Assembly: GCF_000025685.1 (NCBI RefSeq)
Contig: NC_013967.1
Location: 1,620,001 to 1,652,000, forward strand
Origin: Haloferax volcanii DS2
Lineage (GTDB): Archaea > Halobacteriota > Halobacteria > Halobacteriales > Haloferacaceae
Direction: 5' to 3'
Length of the DNA: 32,000 nt
Shown one piece after another: positions 8,885 through 17,525 of this stretch. The notes under the pieces are model-generated. The model worked only from the letters and a program-made list of their open reading frames with translations. It was not told where the DNA came from and made no database searches. Each line of letters begins with the position of its first letter. Positions within the stretch are counted from its first letter, which is position 1. The position numbers were made by a program, and so were the translations under genes.

Positions 8885-9765
8885 TGTCGAACCAGCAACC
8901 AGAGAACCCCAAACAGATGGCACAACACGGCGAAACAGACGCGAATACGAGCGGAAACGAGCGCGTCGAAAGCGACTCCGACCGCGAGAGTGCGCTCGCC
9001 GGCGACGCCCTCGAACTCTCGTATCCGACGAGCGAGGAGCCGGTCGTCGAGTGCGACCGCATCGACATCCCGCGCGGCGAAATCACGGCGCTCGTCGGGC
9101 CGAACGGCTCCGGCAAGAGCACGCTTCTGAAGTCGCTCGCCAAACAGCTCTCGCCCGACAGCGGCAGCGTCTACCTCGACGGGAAATCCATCAGCGAGTA
9201 CGACGACAAGGCGTTCGCCCGCGAGTTGGGGATGCTCTCCCAACAGCACGACTCGCCCACGTCGCTCACCGTCGAGGACCTCGTCTACCACGGCCGGTAC
9301 CCCCACCGGAGCTTCTTCGAGCAGGTCAGCGACGACGACCACGAGGCGGTCGAGCGCGCCATCGACCTCGCGGGCGTCGAGCACATCCGCGACAAGCAGA
9401 TTGGCAACCTCTCGGGCGGCCAGAGCCAACTCGCGTGGATTGCGATGGTGCTCGCACAGGACACCGACGTGCTCCTCCTCGACGAGCCGACGACGTACCT
9501 CGACTTACACCACCAGCTCCGCGTGCTGGAGACGGTCCGCCAACTCAACGAGGAACGCGACGTGACGGTCGCGGTCGTCCTCCACGACATCGCGCAGGCC
9601 GCGCGGTTCGCGGACTACCTCGTCGCCATGCAGGACGGCGAACTGTACGACTGGGGGCCGCCGCGCGAGGTCGTCACCGAGGAACTCCTCGCAGACGTGT
9701 TCCGCGTCGAGGCCGCGGTCAACTACTCGCCCGACCCGGAAATCGTCCCGAAGCGCTCGCTGTAA
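8884..9765 (+). CDS. iron-chelate ABC transporter ATP-binding protein (FepC/FhuC-like)
   Basis: Walker A GPNGSGKST, signature LSGGQSQ, Walker B VLLLDEPTTYLD, H-loop VLHD. ATG 8884 overlaps the permease TGA (ATGA); GTG 8881 is an alternative start. Confidence 0.9.
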   Translation: MSNQQPENPKQMAQHGETDANTSGNERVESDSDRESALAGDALELSYPTSEEPVVECDRIDIPRGEITALVGPNGSGKSTLLKSLAKQLSPDSGSVYLDGKSISEYDDKAFARELGMLSQQHDSPTSLTVEDLVYHGRYPHRSFFEQVSDDDHEAVERAIDLAGVEHIRDKQIGNLSGGQSQLAWIAMVLAQDTDVLLLDEPTTYLDLHHQLRVLETVRQLNEERDVTVAVVLHDIAQAARFADYLVAMQDGELYDWGPPREVVTEELLADVFRVEAAVNYSPDPEIVPKRSL

Positions 9766-9849
9766 CGGTTCGACGCTCTTTCTCGCCGCTCAGTTCAGTT
9801 CCGTTCAGTTCTATCGCCTCGTCACGACTACCCCGACCGCCCGGTGCGC

Positions 9850-10323
9850 CTACTGGACGGCGACGATTTCGATGTCGAAGACGAGCGTCTTCCCCGCGAG
9901 TTCGTGGTTGAAGTCGACTTCGACCTCGTCGTCGCGGACGGCGGTCACGTCGCCGTGAAGCCCGTTTTCGGCGTGGACGTGCAGGCCGACCTCGGGCGTC
10001 TCACCGACCATCCCCTCGAACGTCTCGGCGTCGTAGGTTCGGATTCGGTCGGGGTCGAACTCGCCGTAGGCGTCTTCCGGCGGGACGGTCACGGTCGCTT
10101 CCTCGCCGGCCGACATCCCGACGACGGCCTCGTCTAGCCCCGGAATAATCTGGCCCGCGCCGACGACGAACGTCTGGGGGGCGTAGTCGTCGCGGTCCTT
10201 CTCCTGGGCCTCGAACAGGCCGTGTTCGACCGCCACCTCGTACCGCGAGGTGTTGAAGACGGTCCCGTCTTCGAAGCGTCCGACGTACGCGAGCGCGACG
10301 CGGTCTCCCGACTCGATTGCCAT
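9850..10323 (-). CDS. FKBP-type peptidyl-prolyl cis-trans isomerase (SlyD-like, with insert-in-flap region)
   Basis: GDRVALAYVGRFEDGTVFNTS ... FVVGAGQIIPGLDEAVVGMSAGEE ... HELAGKTLVFDIEIVAV. Start placed at ATG 10321-10323 (MAIESGD). Confidence 0.9.
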   Translation of the reverse strand: MAIESGDRVALAYVGRFEDGTVFNTSRYEVAVEHGLFEAQEKDRDDYAPQTFVVGAGQIIPGLDEAVVGMSAGEEATVTVPPEDAYGEFDPDRIRTYDAETFEGMVGETPEVGLHVHAENGLHGDVTAVRDDEVEVDFNHELAGKTLVFDIEIVAVQ

Positions 10324-10386
10324 AGCGGGGGTCGGCGGAGGACGCGCATAAAAGTCGCCATCGAGGCATCCCACCGGGGGTTCGCG

Positions 10387-11199
10387 TCACCGTCCCGTAC
10401 TCATCTTCCGGGCGTGCTGCGGGGGGAGCCGAAGCTCGTCGAGGCCGGGGAGGTGTTCGATGTTGTAGACGACTTGCAGGTCGTCGGTCACCGGGAGGCT
10501 GATACACGACAGCCGGACGCCTTGGTCCAGCATCTCCTCGGAGAGGATGTGGTTCGAGGGCATCTTCACCTCGCCTGCGACGACCGCCACCGCGCAGTTC
10601 GCACACGCCCCGCCGCGGCAGGCGAACGGCCAACTGTGGCCGGCGTCCTCGGCGGCCTTCAGGAGGTTGGTCCGCGGCTCGACGAACACCTCGCCGTAGG
10701 CGTCGCCGTCGAGGCCGCTTTCGGCGGCTTTCTCGAAGAGGTCGTCGTCGGTGAGCGACCAGCCGCGCTCGGTGACCACGTCGTAATCGAGGAACTCGAC
10801 TCGCGCCCCACGCCGTTCGGGCTCTGGCTCCGAGCCGGAGTCGCCGCCAGCGCCCTCGCCGCCGGTTTCGGCCCCGCTTCCGGCGTGGCCGTTCCGAGCG
10901 GCATCGGCGTCGTGCTTTCCATTTCGGGTCGCCTCCTCGTCGGTCGGTCGGCGGCCGTCCGTGTCGACGGGTTCGAGTTCGTCGCCGGGTTCGTAGCCGC
11001 CCCGAATCGCCTCGTATGCCGTCCGAACCGCCTGAAATTCCTCCGCCGACCCGCCGTGGTCCGGGTGGGCCGACTTCACCCGCCGACGGTACGCGTCGAC
11101 GAGTTCGTCCTCGTCTGCGTCCGGGTCGATGCCGAGCGTCTCGAACGGGGAGTCCACATCGGGGCTAGTAGGAACTCGCGAGCATAAATCCACGGCCAC
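10387..11199 (-). CDS. J-domain (DnaJ-like) protein fused to a plant-type [2Fe-2S] ferredoxin
   Basis: N-terminus FETLGIDPDADEDELVDAYRRRVKSAHPDHGG carries the HPD motif. An acidic/Gly linker follows. The C-terminus has C-x4-C-x2-C-x29-C (CRGGACANC ... LSC). The start is uncertain: GTG 11199, 11193 or 11157. Confidence 0.85.
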   Translation of the reverse strand: MAVDLCSRVPTSPDVDSPFETLGIDPDADEDELVDAYRRRVKSAHPDHGGSAEEFQAVRTAYEAIRGGYEPGDELEPVDTDGRRPTDEEATRNGKHDADAARNGHAGSGAETGGEGAGGDSGSEPEPERRGARVEFLDYDVVTERGWSLTDDDLFEKAAESGLDGDAYGEVFVEPRTNLLKAAEDAGHSWPFACRGGACANCAVAVVAGEVKMPSNHILSEEMLDQGVRLSCISLPVTDDLQVVYNIEHLPGLDELRLPPQHARKMSTGR

Positions 11200-11304
11200 C
11201 GGCCGTCTCGTCGTGGTTTAGTCCTCGAATCAGCGCGTGACGGGGACGACCGATCGCGGCCGCGAGCCGCGGCGGTTTTGTAGCGGGCCTCGCTTGCTTC
11301 GGGT

Positions 11305-12306
11305 GTGAGACGCGGGGTTCGGTTCGTCGTCGGCGCGGGACTCGGTATCGGAGCGCTCGCGGCGTACCTCTGGTACGTCGGCCCGGAGGAAGTCGGCTCG
11401 CGCGTCGCGGCCGTCGCCCCGTGGGCCGTCGCCGCCGTCGGCGTTCTGATGCTCGCCGAGGCGACCGTCGACGGCCTCGGCGTCTGGGCGTCGGTGCGGC
11501 CCCTCCGAGGTGGGCTCTCGGCGCGGGCGAGCGTCCAGTTCGCGTTCGCCGGCGACTTCTTCGACGTGCTCAGCCCCGCCGGGCCGGTGAGTTCGGAGCC
11601 TATCATGGCGCAGTTCTTCGGCGTCGCGACCGAGACCAGTTACAGCGAGGCCCTCGGCGTCCGCGGCGTCGCCAAGTACGTCAAATCCGCGGCGCAGCTC
11701 CTCCTGTCGGTCGCGCTCGTCGGCGTCCTCTTTCTCGACGCGCCGGCGTCCCGGTTCGTCCTCGTGACGCTCGCTGGCGCGGTCGCCGCGCTGGTGGTCG
11801 TCGGCGCGGCGCTCGTCTGGGCGCGGGGCGCGCTGTCGATGGTCGTCGTCGCGGCTCTGACGCCGGTCGTTCGCGTCGTCACTGGCGTCACCCGCCGAAC
11901 CCCGCTCGGCCGCGACGCCGTCGCCGGCGCGGTCGAACGCTTCTGGGAGCGCGTCGTCCAGTTCCGAGACGCGCCGGAACTCCTCGGCGTCATCGCGCTC
12001 AGCGGCGTCTTCGAGCAACTGCTCACGTCGCTCGCGCCCTGGGTCGCGCTCGCCGGCACCGGCACGACGGTGGCGCTTATCCCCATCGTCGCCGTCATCC
12101 CGCTCCCGCAGGCGGCGAGCGTCGTCCCCGTTCCCGGGAGTCTCGGCGCCTACGACGTGCTCCTCGCGGGCGCGCTCAGCCTCACGACGGGCGCGCCGGC
12201 CGCGGGGGCGGCCGCGGCGGTGCTCGTCGTGCGGACGTTCGAACTCCTCGTCTCGCTCGGCTGCGGCGGCGTCGCAACCGGGTTCCTCCGCGGTGTCCGG
12301 GCCTGA
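11305..12306 (+). CDS. flippase-like / lysylphosphatidylglycerol-synthase-TM-region family membrane protein (UPF0104-like)
   Basis: 333 aa with about 8 TM helices and an N-terminus like RFVVGAGLGIGALAAYLWYVGPEEV. The family call is from memory of the overall pattern only. Confidence 0.55.
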   Translation: MRRGVRFVVGAGLGIGALAAYLWYVGPEEVGSRVAAVAPWAVAAVGVLMLAEATVDGLGVWASVRPLRGGLSARASVQFAFAGDFFDVLSPAGPVSSEPIMAQFFGVATETSYSEALGVRGVAKYVKSAAQLLLSVALVGVLFLDAPASRFVLVTLAGAVAALVVVGAALVWARGALSMVVVAALTPVVRVVTGVTRRTPLGRDAVAGAVERFWERVVQFRDAPELLGVIALSGVFEQLLTSLAPWVALAGTGTTVALIPIVAVIPLPQAASVVPVPGSLGAYDVLLAGALSLTTGAPAAGAAAAVLVVRTFELLVSLGCGGVATGFLRGVRA

Positions 12307-12371
12307 GGCGCACTGACCACCCCCCGGCCCCCCGTCGCGGCGGCGTGAGACGAGAGGAGAGGTGAGGAGAG

Positions 12372-12376
12372 AAAAA
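12372..12376 (-). terminator. oligo-T tract (T5 on the minus strand) just after the stop of the 12381..13343 gene
   Basis: The minus strand reads TGACTCGTTTTTCTCTCC immediately after the stop codon. Archaeal terminators are typically oligo-T runs. It is embedded in a roughly 34-nt pyrimidine-rich tract (12347-12380). Confidence 0.4.
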
Positions 12377-12380
12377 CGAG

Positions 12381-13343
12381 TCAGTCGGCGGCGTGTTCGT
12401 GGATGGGGACGCTCGCCAACCCGACCGCACTCGACGCGGAGGACACCGACAGCGTCGCGTGCCAGCCGCTCTCGGTTGACGTGACGTGCAGGGAGACGGG
12501 CCTCCACGACGACGTCCGCCGGTAGAGTTCGAGGACGACCGGGAGCACCGGAAGCCGCCCCTCGCGCGCCGAGAGCGCGTAGTCTTCGAGGGTCAGTTCC
12601 GCGGCCCTCGTCGTCGCGTCCGGGCCGGACCGCCACGCAGAACAGGTGTACGATTCGACGAGGTCGAGCCGTTCCATCTCCGCCAGCGTCGCCGCCAGCG
12701 TCTTCGTCGCGTCGGGCCGCGACGCGAGGTTCGAGGCGGCGCGCTCCAGCACGTCCGCCTGTTCGGCCGACGCGAGGTGGACGTGGAGCGCGGTCGCCAT
12801 GCTCTCCAACAGGCGCAGACAGAGGTCGTCCGCGCTGGACATCGTCTCCGCGAGGTCGAAGTACGCGTCCATCACCGCGGTCTCGACCGCCCGGTGGTCG
12901 GCGTCCACGAGCGCCTCGAACACCGCCGCCGCGACCCGGTGACAGAACTCGACCCGTTCGGAGCGGTCTCCGTCGGCCGCGCACTCCGTTCGGCCGCCCG
13001 CGTCGGTTCCGAGGTCGCAGGGTGGCTCGGGGAGTCCGGGCGTCGCCCCGGCGGTCGCCCAGCCCTCCGCGGTCGCGGTCGCGCCGCCGAAGCCGGAGCG
13101 ACTGTCGTGCTCCGAGACGATGAGGTCGTAGTACGGGACGTTCGGGTCGTACCGCCGGAGTGCGGAGCGATACTTCCTCGCCGCGCGTGCGGCGGCCTCG
13201 GCGGTCTCGCGGTCCTCGAACCGGAAGCCGTCGACCGGAACGGGTCGCTCTCCGGTCCGTCCGCAGACGAGCTCGTACGTCCCGTCGTCGCTCGCGAGCG
13301 ATTCGATGTGGGTCCGAATCTGGGTGAGTGTCGTGCCGACCAT
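12381..13343 (-). CDS. conserved-looking hypothetical protein (320 aa), function unknown
   Basis: Long GC3-rich ORF with acidic composition and an ATG start. No motif recognised. A TTTAGG-N4-CCTAAA box lies 71-86 nt upstream. Confidence 0.6.
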   Translation of the reverse strand: MVGTTLTQIRTHIESLASDDGTYELVCGRTGERPVPVDGFRFEDRETAEAAARAARKYRSALRRYDPNVPYYDLIVSEHDSRSGFGGATATAEGWATAGATPGLPEPPCDLGTDAGGRTECAADGDRSERVEFCHRVAAAVFEALVDADHRAVETAVMDAYFDLAETMSSADDLCLRLLESMATALHVHLASAEQADVLERAASNLASRPDATKTLAATLAEMERLDLVESYTCSAWRSGPDATTRAAELTLEDYALSAREGRLPVLPVVLELYRRTSSWRPVSLHVTSTESGWHATLSVSSASSAVGLASVPIHEHAAD

Positions 13344-13413
13344 GATGTCTCAGTGCGTTGGTTCGCGGGCCGTCGCCGTCCCGCGGTCCGTTCGTCGCTT
13401 GCTCGACACATTG

Positions 13414-13429
13414 TTTAGGTAGGCCTAAA
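13414..13429. promoter_or_regulatory. palindrome TTTAGG-tagg-CCTAAA (box 3)
   Basis: Read directly. Same half-sites and 4-nt spacer as the boxes at 6659 and 6695, followed by the same ACGTAT. Confidence 0.5.
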
Positions 13430-13850
13430 ACGTATTGGTTCGGGCGGTCCGCGGAGCGGCGAGTCGCGTCGCCCGCCGCCGCGTCCGGCTCCGTTCTGCG
13501 AACCGTCTCGCCTCCCGGCGGTTCGTTCCCGTGGCGCGGTCTCTGTCGGTGTCTCCCGTTCGACGGCGGTCGTGACGCTCGCTGTCACCCCCGAATTTGG
13601 GTCTAATTTGTGCCTCTCTCGGGGGCAACTCTGCGTCGAGTTCGGGGAACCATTATCCGCCGCTCCGAGAGTAGCTTCGATAGATGACGCACTCGACGAA
13701 CTGCGGGACGAACACGCCCTCGATGGTCGGCCGCGGGACGACCGCGCCGGTCGCACGGACATGACGAACCACGCCACGAGAACGCAGGCGCTCCAGCAGA
13801 CGACGACAGATACACGTCACGAACACCGGCGGAGCAAGACGGGAACGCAG

Positions 13851-14144
13851 ATGAGGCAGCTGCTGTGGTGGCTCGTCGGCGGGACTCGCGGCGGGAGAAA
13901 CCGCCTCAGAATCATCCGCGCGCTGCACGAGCGTCCGATGAACACGAACCAGCTCTCGAACGAACTCGACCTGAACTACAAGACCGTCCAGCACCACCTG
14001 GAGATGCTCACGGAAAACGAGGTTCTCACCACCAGCGGCGAGGAGTACGGTAAGCTGTTCTTTCTGACGCCGGCGATGGACGACAATCTCGACCTCTTGG
14101 ACGACATCGCAGAGCAGACCGAACTCGGAGACGAAGACGCCTGA
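13851..14144 (+). CDS. small winged-helix (ArsR/PadR-like) DNA-binding protein
   Basis: RLRIIRALHERPMNTNQLSNELDLNYKTVQHHLEMLTENEVL is a classical wHTH. An acidic C-terminal tail follows. The start could instead be ATG 13761. It uses several codons that are rare elsewhere in the window (AGA, AGG, ACT, GGT, AAT, TTG). Confidence 0.65.
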   Translation: MRQLLWWLVGGTRGGRNRLRIIRALHERPMNTNQLSNELDLNYKTVQHHLEMLTENEVLTTSGEEYGKLFFLTPAMDDNLDLLDDIAEQTELGDEDA

Positions 14145-15029
14145 ACCCGTCTCCCGTCGCAGGCGCTGCGGGCCGAGATGGGGCTCGACCAGCCCCTGCC
14201 GATGCAGTACGTCGACTGGCTCGTCGGCGTCGTGCAGGGCGACTGGGGGATGTCGCTGCGGACGAACAACAACGTCTTTTCCGACATCGTCGCTCGCCTG
14301 CCCGCGACGCTCGAACTGACCGTCGTCACGCTGTTTTGCGCCGTCTTGCTGGCGATTCCGTTCGGCGTCGTCGCCGGCACCAACAAGGACCGCTGGCAGG
14401 ACCACCTCTCGCGCATCACCGCGCTGTTTGGCGTGTCGATGCCGCGGTTCTGGGTCGCTATCGTCCTCCAAATCGTCTTCGTCGTCAGCCTCGGGCTGTT
14501 GCCCCTCTCGGGGCGGCTCAGCGACGGCGTGGCTCCCCCGCCGGCGGTCACGGGGCTGTATCTGGTCGACTGCCTCATCGCCGGCCAGTTCGGGACGTTC
14601 CTCGACGCGGCCACGCACCTCCTGTTGCCGACGGTCGCGCTCGGCCTCGCCACGCTGGCGCAGGTGATGCGGCTCATCCGCTCGGACATGATCGACGAGC
14701 AGCGCAAGGACTACGTCCTGGCTGCGCGGGCCTACGGCCTTCCGAACACCCTCATCGAATACAAGTACATGCTGCAAAACGCCTTTACGAGTTCACTCAC
14801 GGTGGTCGGCCTCGCGTTCGGGTTCCTCCTCGGGAACGCGTTTCTCGTGGAAATCGTCTTCGCGTGGCCGGGGATGGCGCGCTACGGCGTGCAGGCCATC
14901 CTCTATCAGGACTTCAACGCCATCGTCGGCGTCACCATCGTGGTCGGTATCGGCTTCGTAACCGCCAACTTCGTGGTCGACCTGCTGTACGGCTACCTCG
15001 ACCCGCGGGTGCGGCTGGAGGAGGGATAG
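14145..15029 (+). pseudogene. Dpp/Opp-type peptide ABC permease (DppB-like), 5'-truncated
   Basis: ALRAEMGLDQPLPMQYVDWLVGVVQGDWGMS aligns with about residues 50-80 of E. coli DppB (LLAELGLDKPMWQQYLHYIWGVMHGDLGIS). About 50 N-terminal residues, including TM1, are therefore missing. Similarity runs back to the stop codon of the preceding wHTH gene. The rest of the permease is intact. Confidence 0.7.
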
Positions 15030-15031
15030 CC

Positions 15032-16105
15032 GTGTCCACGAAGACCTCCATCCCGTTTCTCGACACCGAGAGCGCCGCCCGAAAAGAGCGGCTTCGACAG
15101 CTCAAACGCGGCTTTCGGACCTTCGCGGGCAACAAGCTCTCGCTCGTCGGCCTGGCGATGATTCTGACGCTCGTCGCCGCGGCGCTCCTCGCGCCGTACA
15201 TCGCGCCGTTCCCCGAACACGCCGGCGCGGGCGTCTACTTCGACCAGGCGAGCGAGCCGCCGAGCGCGACGCATCTGATGGGCACCGACACGACCGGTCG
15301 CGATATCTTCAGCCGCGTCCTGTTCGGCGCGCGCCTGTCGCTGTCGAAACTCGTCCGCGACGCGCTGTCCACCGGCGCGAAAGCCGACCACCGGAAGCGG
15401 GCCATCGAGATGCTCGGCGAGGTCGAAATCTCGGCCCCCGAGCGCGTCTTCGAGAGCTACCCGGTCGAACTCTCCGGCGGGATGCGCCAGCGCGTCTTCA
15501 TCGCCATCGCGCTCCTGTCGGAGCCGGACCTGCTCATCGCCGACGAACCGGGCACCGCCCTCGACGTGACGACCGAGGCGAAGGTGCTCGACCTCCTCGA
15601 CGAACTCGTCGAGGAGCGCGACACGAGCGTCCTCTACATCACCCACGACCTCGGCGTCGCCCGCGAGGTCAGCGACCGCATCAACGTGATGTACGCGGGC
15701 GAAATCGTCGAGCAAGCGCCGACCGCCGACCTGTTCGCGAACCCGCAGCACCCCTACACCCGCGGGCTGTTGGAGATCATCCCGACGCTCTCGACCGGCA
15801 TCGGAGACGGCATCGAAGGGCACCTGCCCGACTACACGGACCCGCCGGCCGGCTGTCGGTTCGCTGACCGCTGTCCCCACGCGGAACCGGTCTGCCACGA
15901 GGCGTACCCGTACCCGCGACAGACCGGCTCCGACCACGCGATCGCGTGCCACCTGTTCGACGGGCTCCCGGCCCGCGAGCGTCACGAGTCGCTCGCCGCA
16001 GAACGGGTCGATATCGGCACTGCGCCGTGGTTGGCCGCTGGTGGCGACGCCCCGAGCGGCGACGCGCCCGGCGATATCTCCGCCGACGGAGGGACGGACC
16101 AATGA
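15032..16105 (+). pseudogene. in-frame fusion of the N-terminus of a DppC-like permease (about 104 aa) to the C-terminal two-thirds of a DppD-like ATPase, which lacks Walker A
   Basis: The N-terminal part (LMGTDTTGRDIFSRVLFGARLSL) matches the DppC motif LLGTDDVGRDVLSRLMYGARLSL. It is followed directly by KRAIEMLGEVEISAPERVFESYPVELSGGMRQRVFIAIAL ... LLIADEPGTALD ... ITHDL ... HPYTRGLL, i.e. DppD from about residue 115 onward. The permease core and the P-loop are absent. The junction sits at a CTGTCGCTGTCG repeat (15335-15346). Confidence 0.7.
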
Positions 16106-17166
16106 ACGACTCAGCGTACACGACCGACCCGACCGCAGGGGTACAGCGCGACCGCGACCTCGACGACCCGATGGTCACGGTCGAGAACCTCAAGAAACAC
16201 TTCCCGCTGTTCGAGGGCATCCTCCAGAAGAAGGCGGGCGAGGTCCGCGCCGTCGACGGCGTGAGCTTCTCCATCGCGGAGGGCGAGACGTTCGGCCTCG
16301 TCGGCGAGTCCGGCTCCGGCAAGACGACCACCGGCCGGTCGATGCTCCGCCTGACGGAGCCGACGAGCGGGCGGGTCGAAATCGACGGCCAGAACGTCGT
16401 CGACCTCTCCGACGGCGAGCTCAAGCGGTTCCGTCGGAACATGCAAATCGTCCACCAAGACCCGTCGTCGAGCCTCAACCCTCGCCACCGCGTCAAGTCG
16501 ATTATCGAGGCCCCCCTGAAGATTCACGACTACGGCGACTCCGAGGCCCGACTCGAACGGGTCGAGGAACTGCTGGACATGGTGGACCTCCCGCGGGAGT
16601 TCATGTACCGCTACCCCGGACAGCTCTCGGGCGGCCAGAAACAGCGCGTCGGCATCGCCCGCGCCGTGGCGCTCAACCCGAAGTTCGTCGTCCTCGACGA
16701 GCCGACGAGCGCCCTCGACGTGAGCGTGCAGGCCCGAATCATCAACATCCTCGAGGAGATACAGGAGGAGTTCGGCATCACCTACCTGTTCATCACCCAC
16801 GACCTCTCGCTCCTGAAGAACGTCGCCGACCGCATCGGCGTCATGTACCTCGGTCGGCTCGTCGAGGTCGGCGACGTGGACTCGGTGTTCGGGTCGCCGC
16901 AACACCCCTACAGCCGGGCGCTCCTCTCCGCCATCTCGACCATCAGCGAGGAGGACGAACTGGCGAAGCCCGACCGAATCACGCTCGACGGCGAGGTGCC
17001 GGACCCGCGGGAGAAGCCGAGCGGCTGTGCCTTCCGCTCGCGCTGCGCCCACGAGTTCGACGCCTGCGCGGTCGAGGAGCCCGAACTGTACGAGCGCGGG
17101 GCGAACCAGGTCGCGCGGTGTTTCCTCCACGACGACCGGTTCGAGGAGGGCGCGGAGTGGGAATGA
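16102..17166 (+). CDS. peptide ABC transporter ATP-binding protein (DppF/OppF-like), apparently intact
   Basis: Walker A GESGSGKTT, signature LSGGQKQR, Walker B FVVLDEPTSALD, ITHDL, C-terminal oligopeptide domain HPYSRALL ... GCAFRSRC. The ATG overlaps the upstream TGA (ATGA). Confidence 0.9.
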   Translation: MNDSAYTTDPTAGVQRDRDLDDPMVTVENLKKHFPLFEGILQKKAGEVRAVDGVSFSIAEGETFGLVGESGSGKTTTGRSMLRLTEPTSGRVEIDGQNVVDLSDGELKRFRRNMQIVHQDPSSSLNPRHRVKSIIEAPLKIHDYGDSEARLERVEELLDMVDLPREFMYRYPGQLSGGQKQRVGIARAVALNPKFVVLDEPTSALDVSVQARIINILEEIQEEFGITYLFITHDLSLLKNVADRIGVMYLGRLVEVGDVDSVFGSPQHPYSRALLSAISTISEEDELAKPDRITLDGEVPDPREKPSGCAFRSRCAHEFDACAVEEPELYERGANQVARCFLHDDRFEEGAEWE

Positions 17167-17525
17167 CCGCAGAGCGCACGGACCGCCTCGCCGCCCTCCG
17201 GCGGGCGCGGCAGAACCGCCCGTGGACCGACGACCTGCTCCGGTCGTGCGCGTCCGACCCGGCGGCGTTCAAAGCCGCCCAGCCGGCGTGTTCGGCCTGC
17301 GACCACCCGTGCCGCGACGACGAGGTCTGCGCCACGGCGGTGGCCAAATCCGACGGGCTGTTCGAATCGATGGGCCGCGACCAGACGTATCACCTGCTCG
17401 CGGCGGGCATGAAGCGACTCCGGGCGCGGGGGACCGCGACGCTTCGCGACGCCGACAGACAGCGGCCGAACGCCTTTCTCAGCGTGACGGCCGCCGACGG
17501 AGACTCCCCCGAGGCACCCCAATGA
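17163..17525 (+). CDS. hypothetical Cys-rich protein (120 aa)
   Basis: Translationally coupled on both sides by ATGA overlaps at 17163-17166 and 17522-17525. GC3-rich. Contains C-x2-C-x3-C-x6-C (CSACDHPCRDDEVC). No family recognised. Confidence 0.45.
   Translation: MTAERTDRLAALRRARQNRPWTDDLLRSCASDPAAFKAAQPACSACDHPCRDDEVCATAVAKSDGLFESMGRDQTYHLLAAGMKRLRARGTATLRDADRQRPNAFLSVTAADGDSPEAPQ

Noticed and set aside
9791-9811. Pentamer-like repeats CAGTTCAGTTCCGTTCAGTTC in the convergent gap between the ABC ATPase and the FKBP gene.
   Set aside because: It is very short (about 4 units) and imperfect, and it lies where two transcripts terminate. It is most simply low-complexity terminator-region sequence.
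12347-12380. A 34-nt purine-rich tract (GAGACGAGAGGAGAGGTGAGGAGAGAAAAACGAG) considered as a triplex-forming or regulatory repeat.
   Set aside because: It is interrupted by three pyrimidines and sits exactly where the minus-strand gene needs its oligo-T terminator, which explains it adequately.
14336-16105. 589-aa ORF that would make a single large protein spanning dppB and the fusion gene.
   Set aside because: Its first 232 codons are an Arg-rich alternative frame of dppB. Recognisable DppC sequence starts only at GTG 15032, right after the dppB stop.
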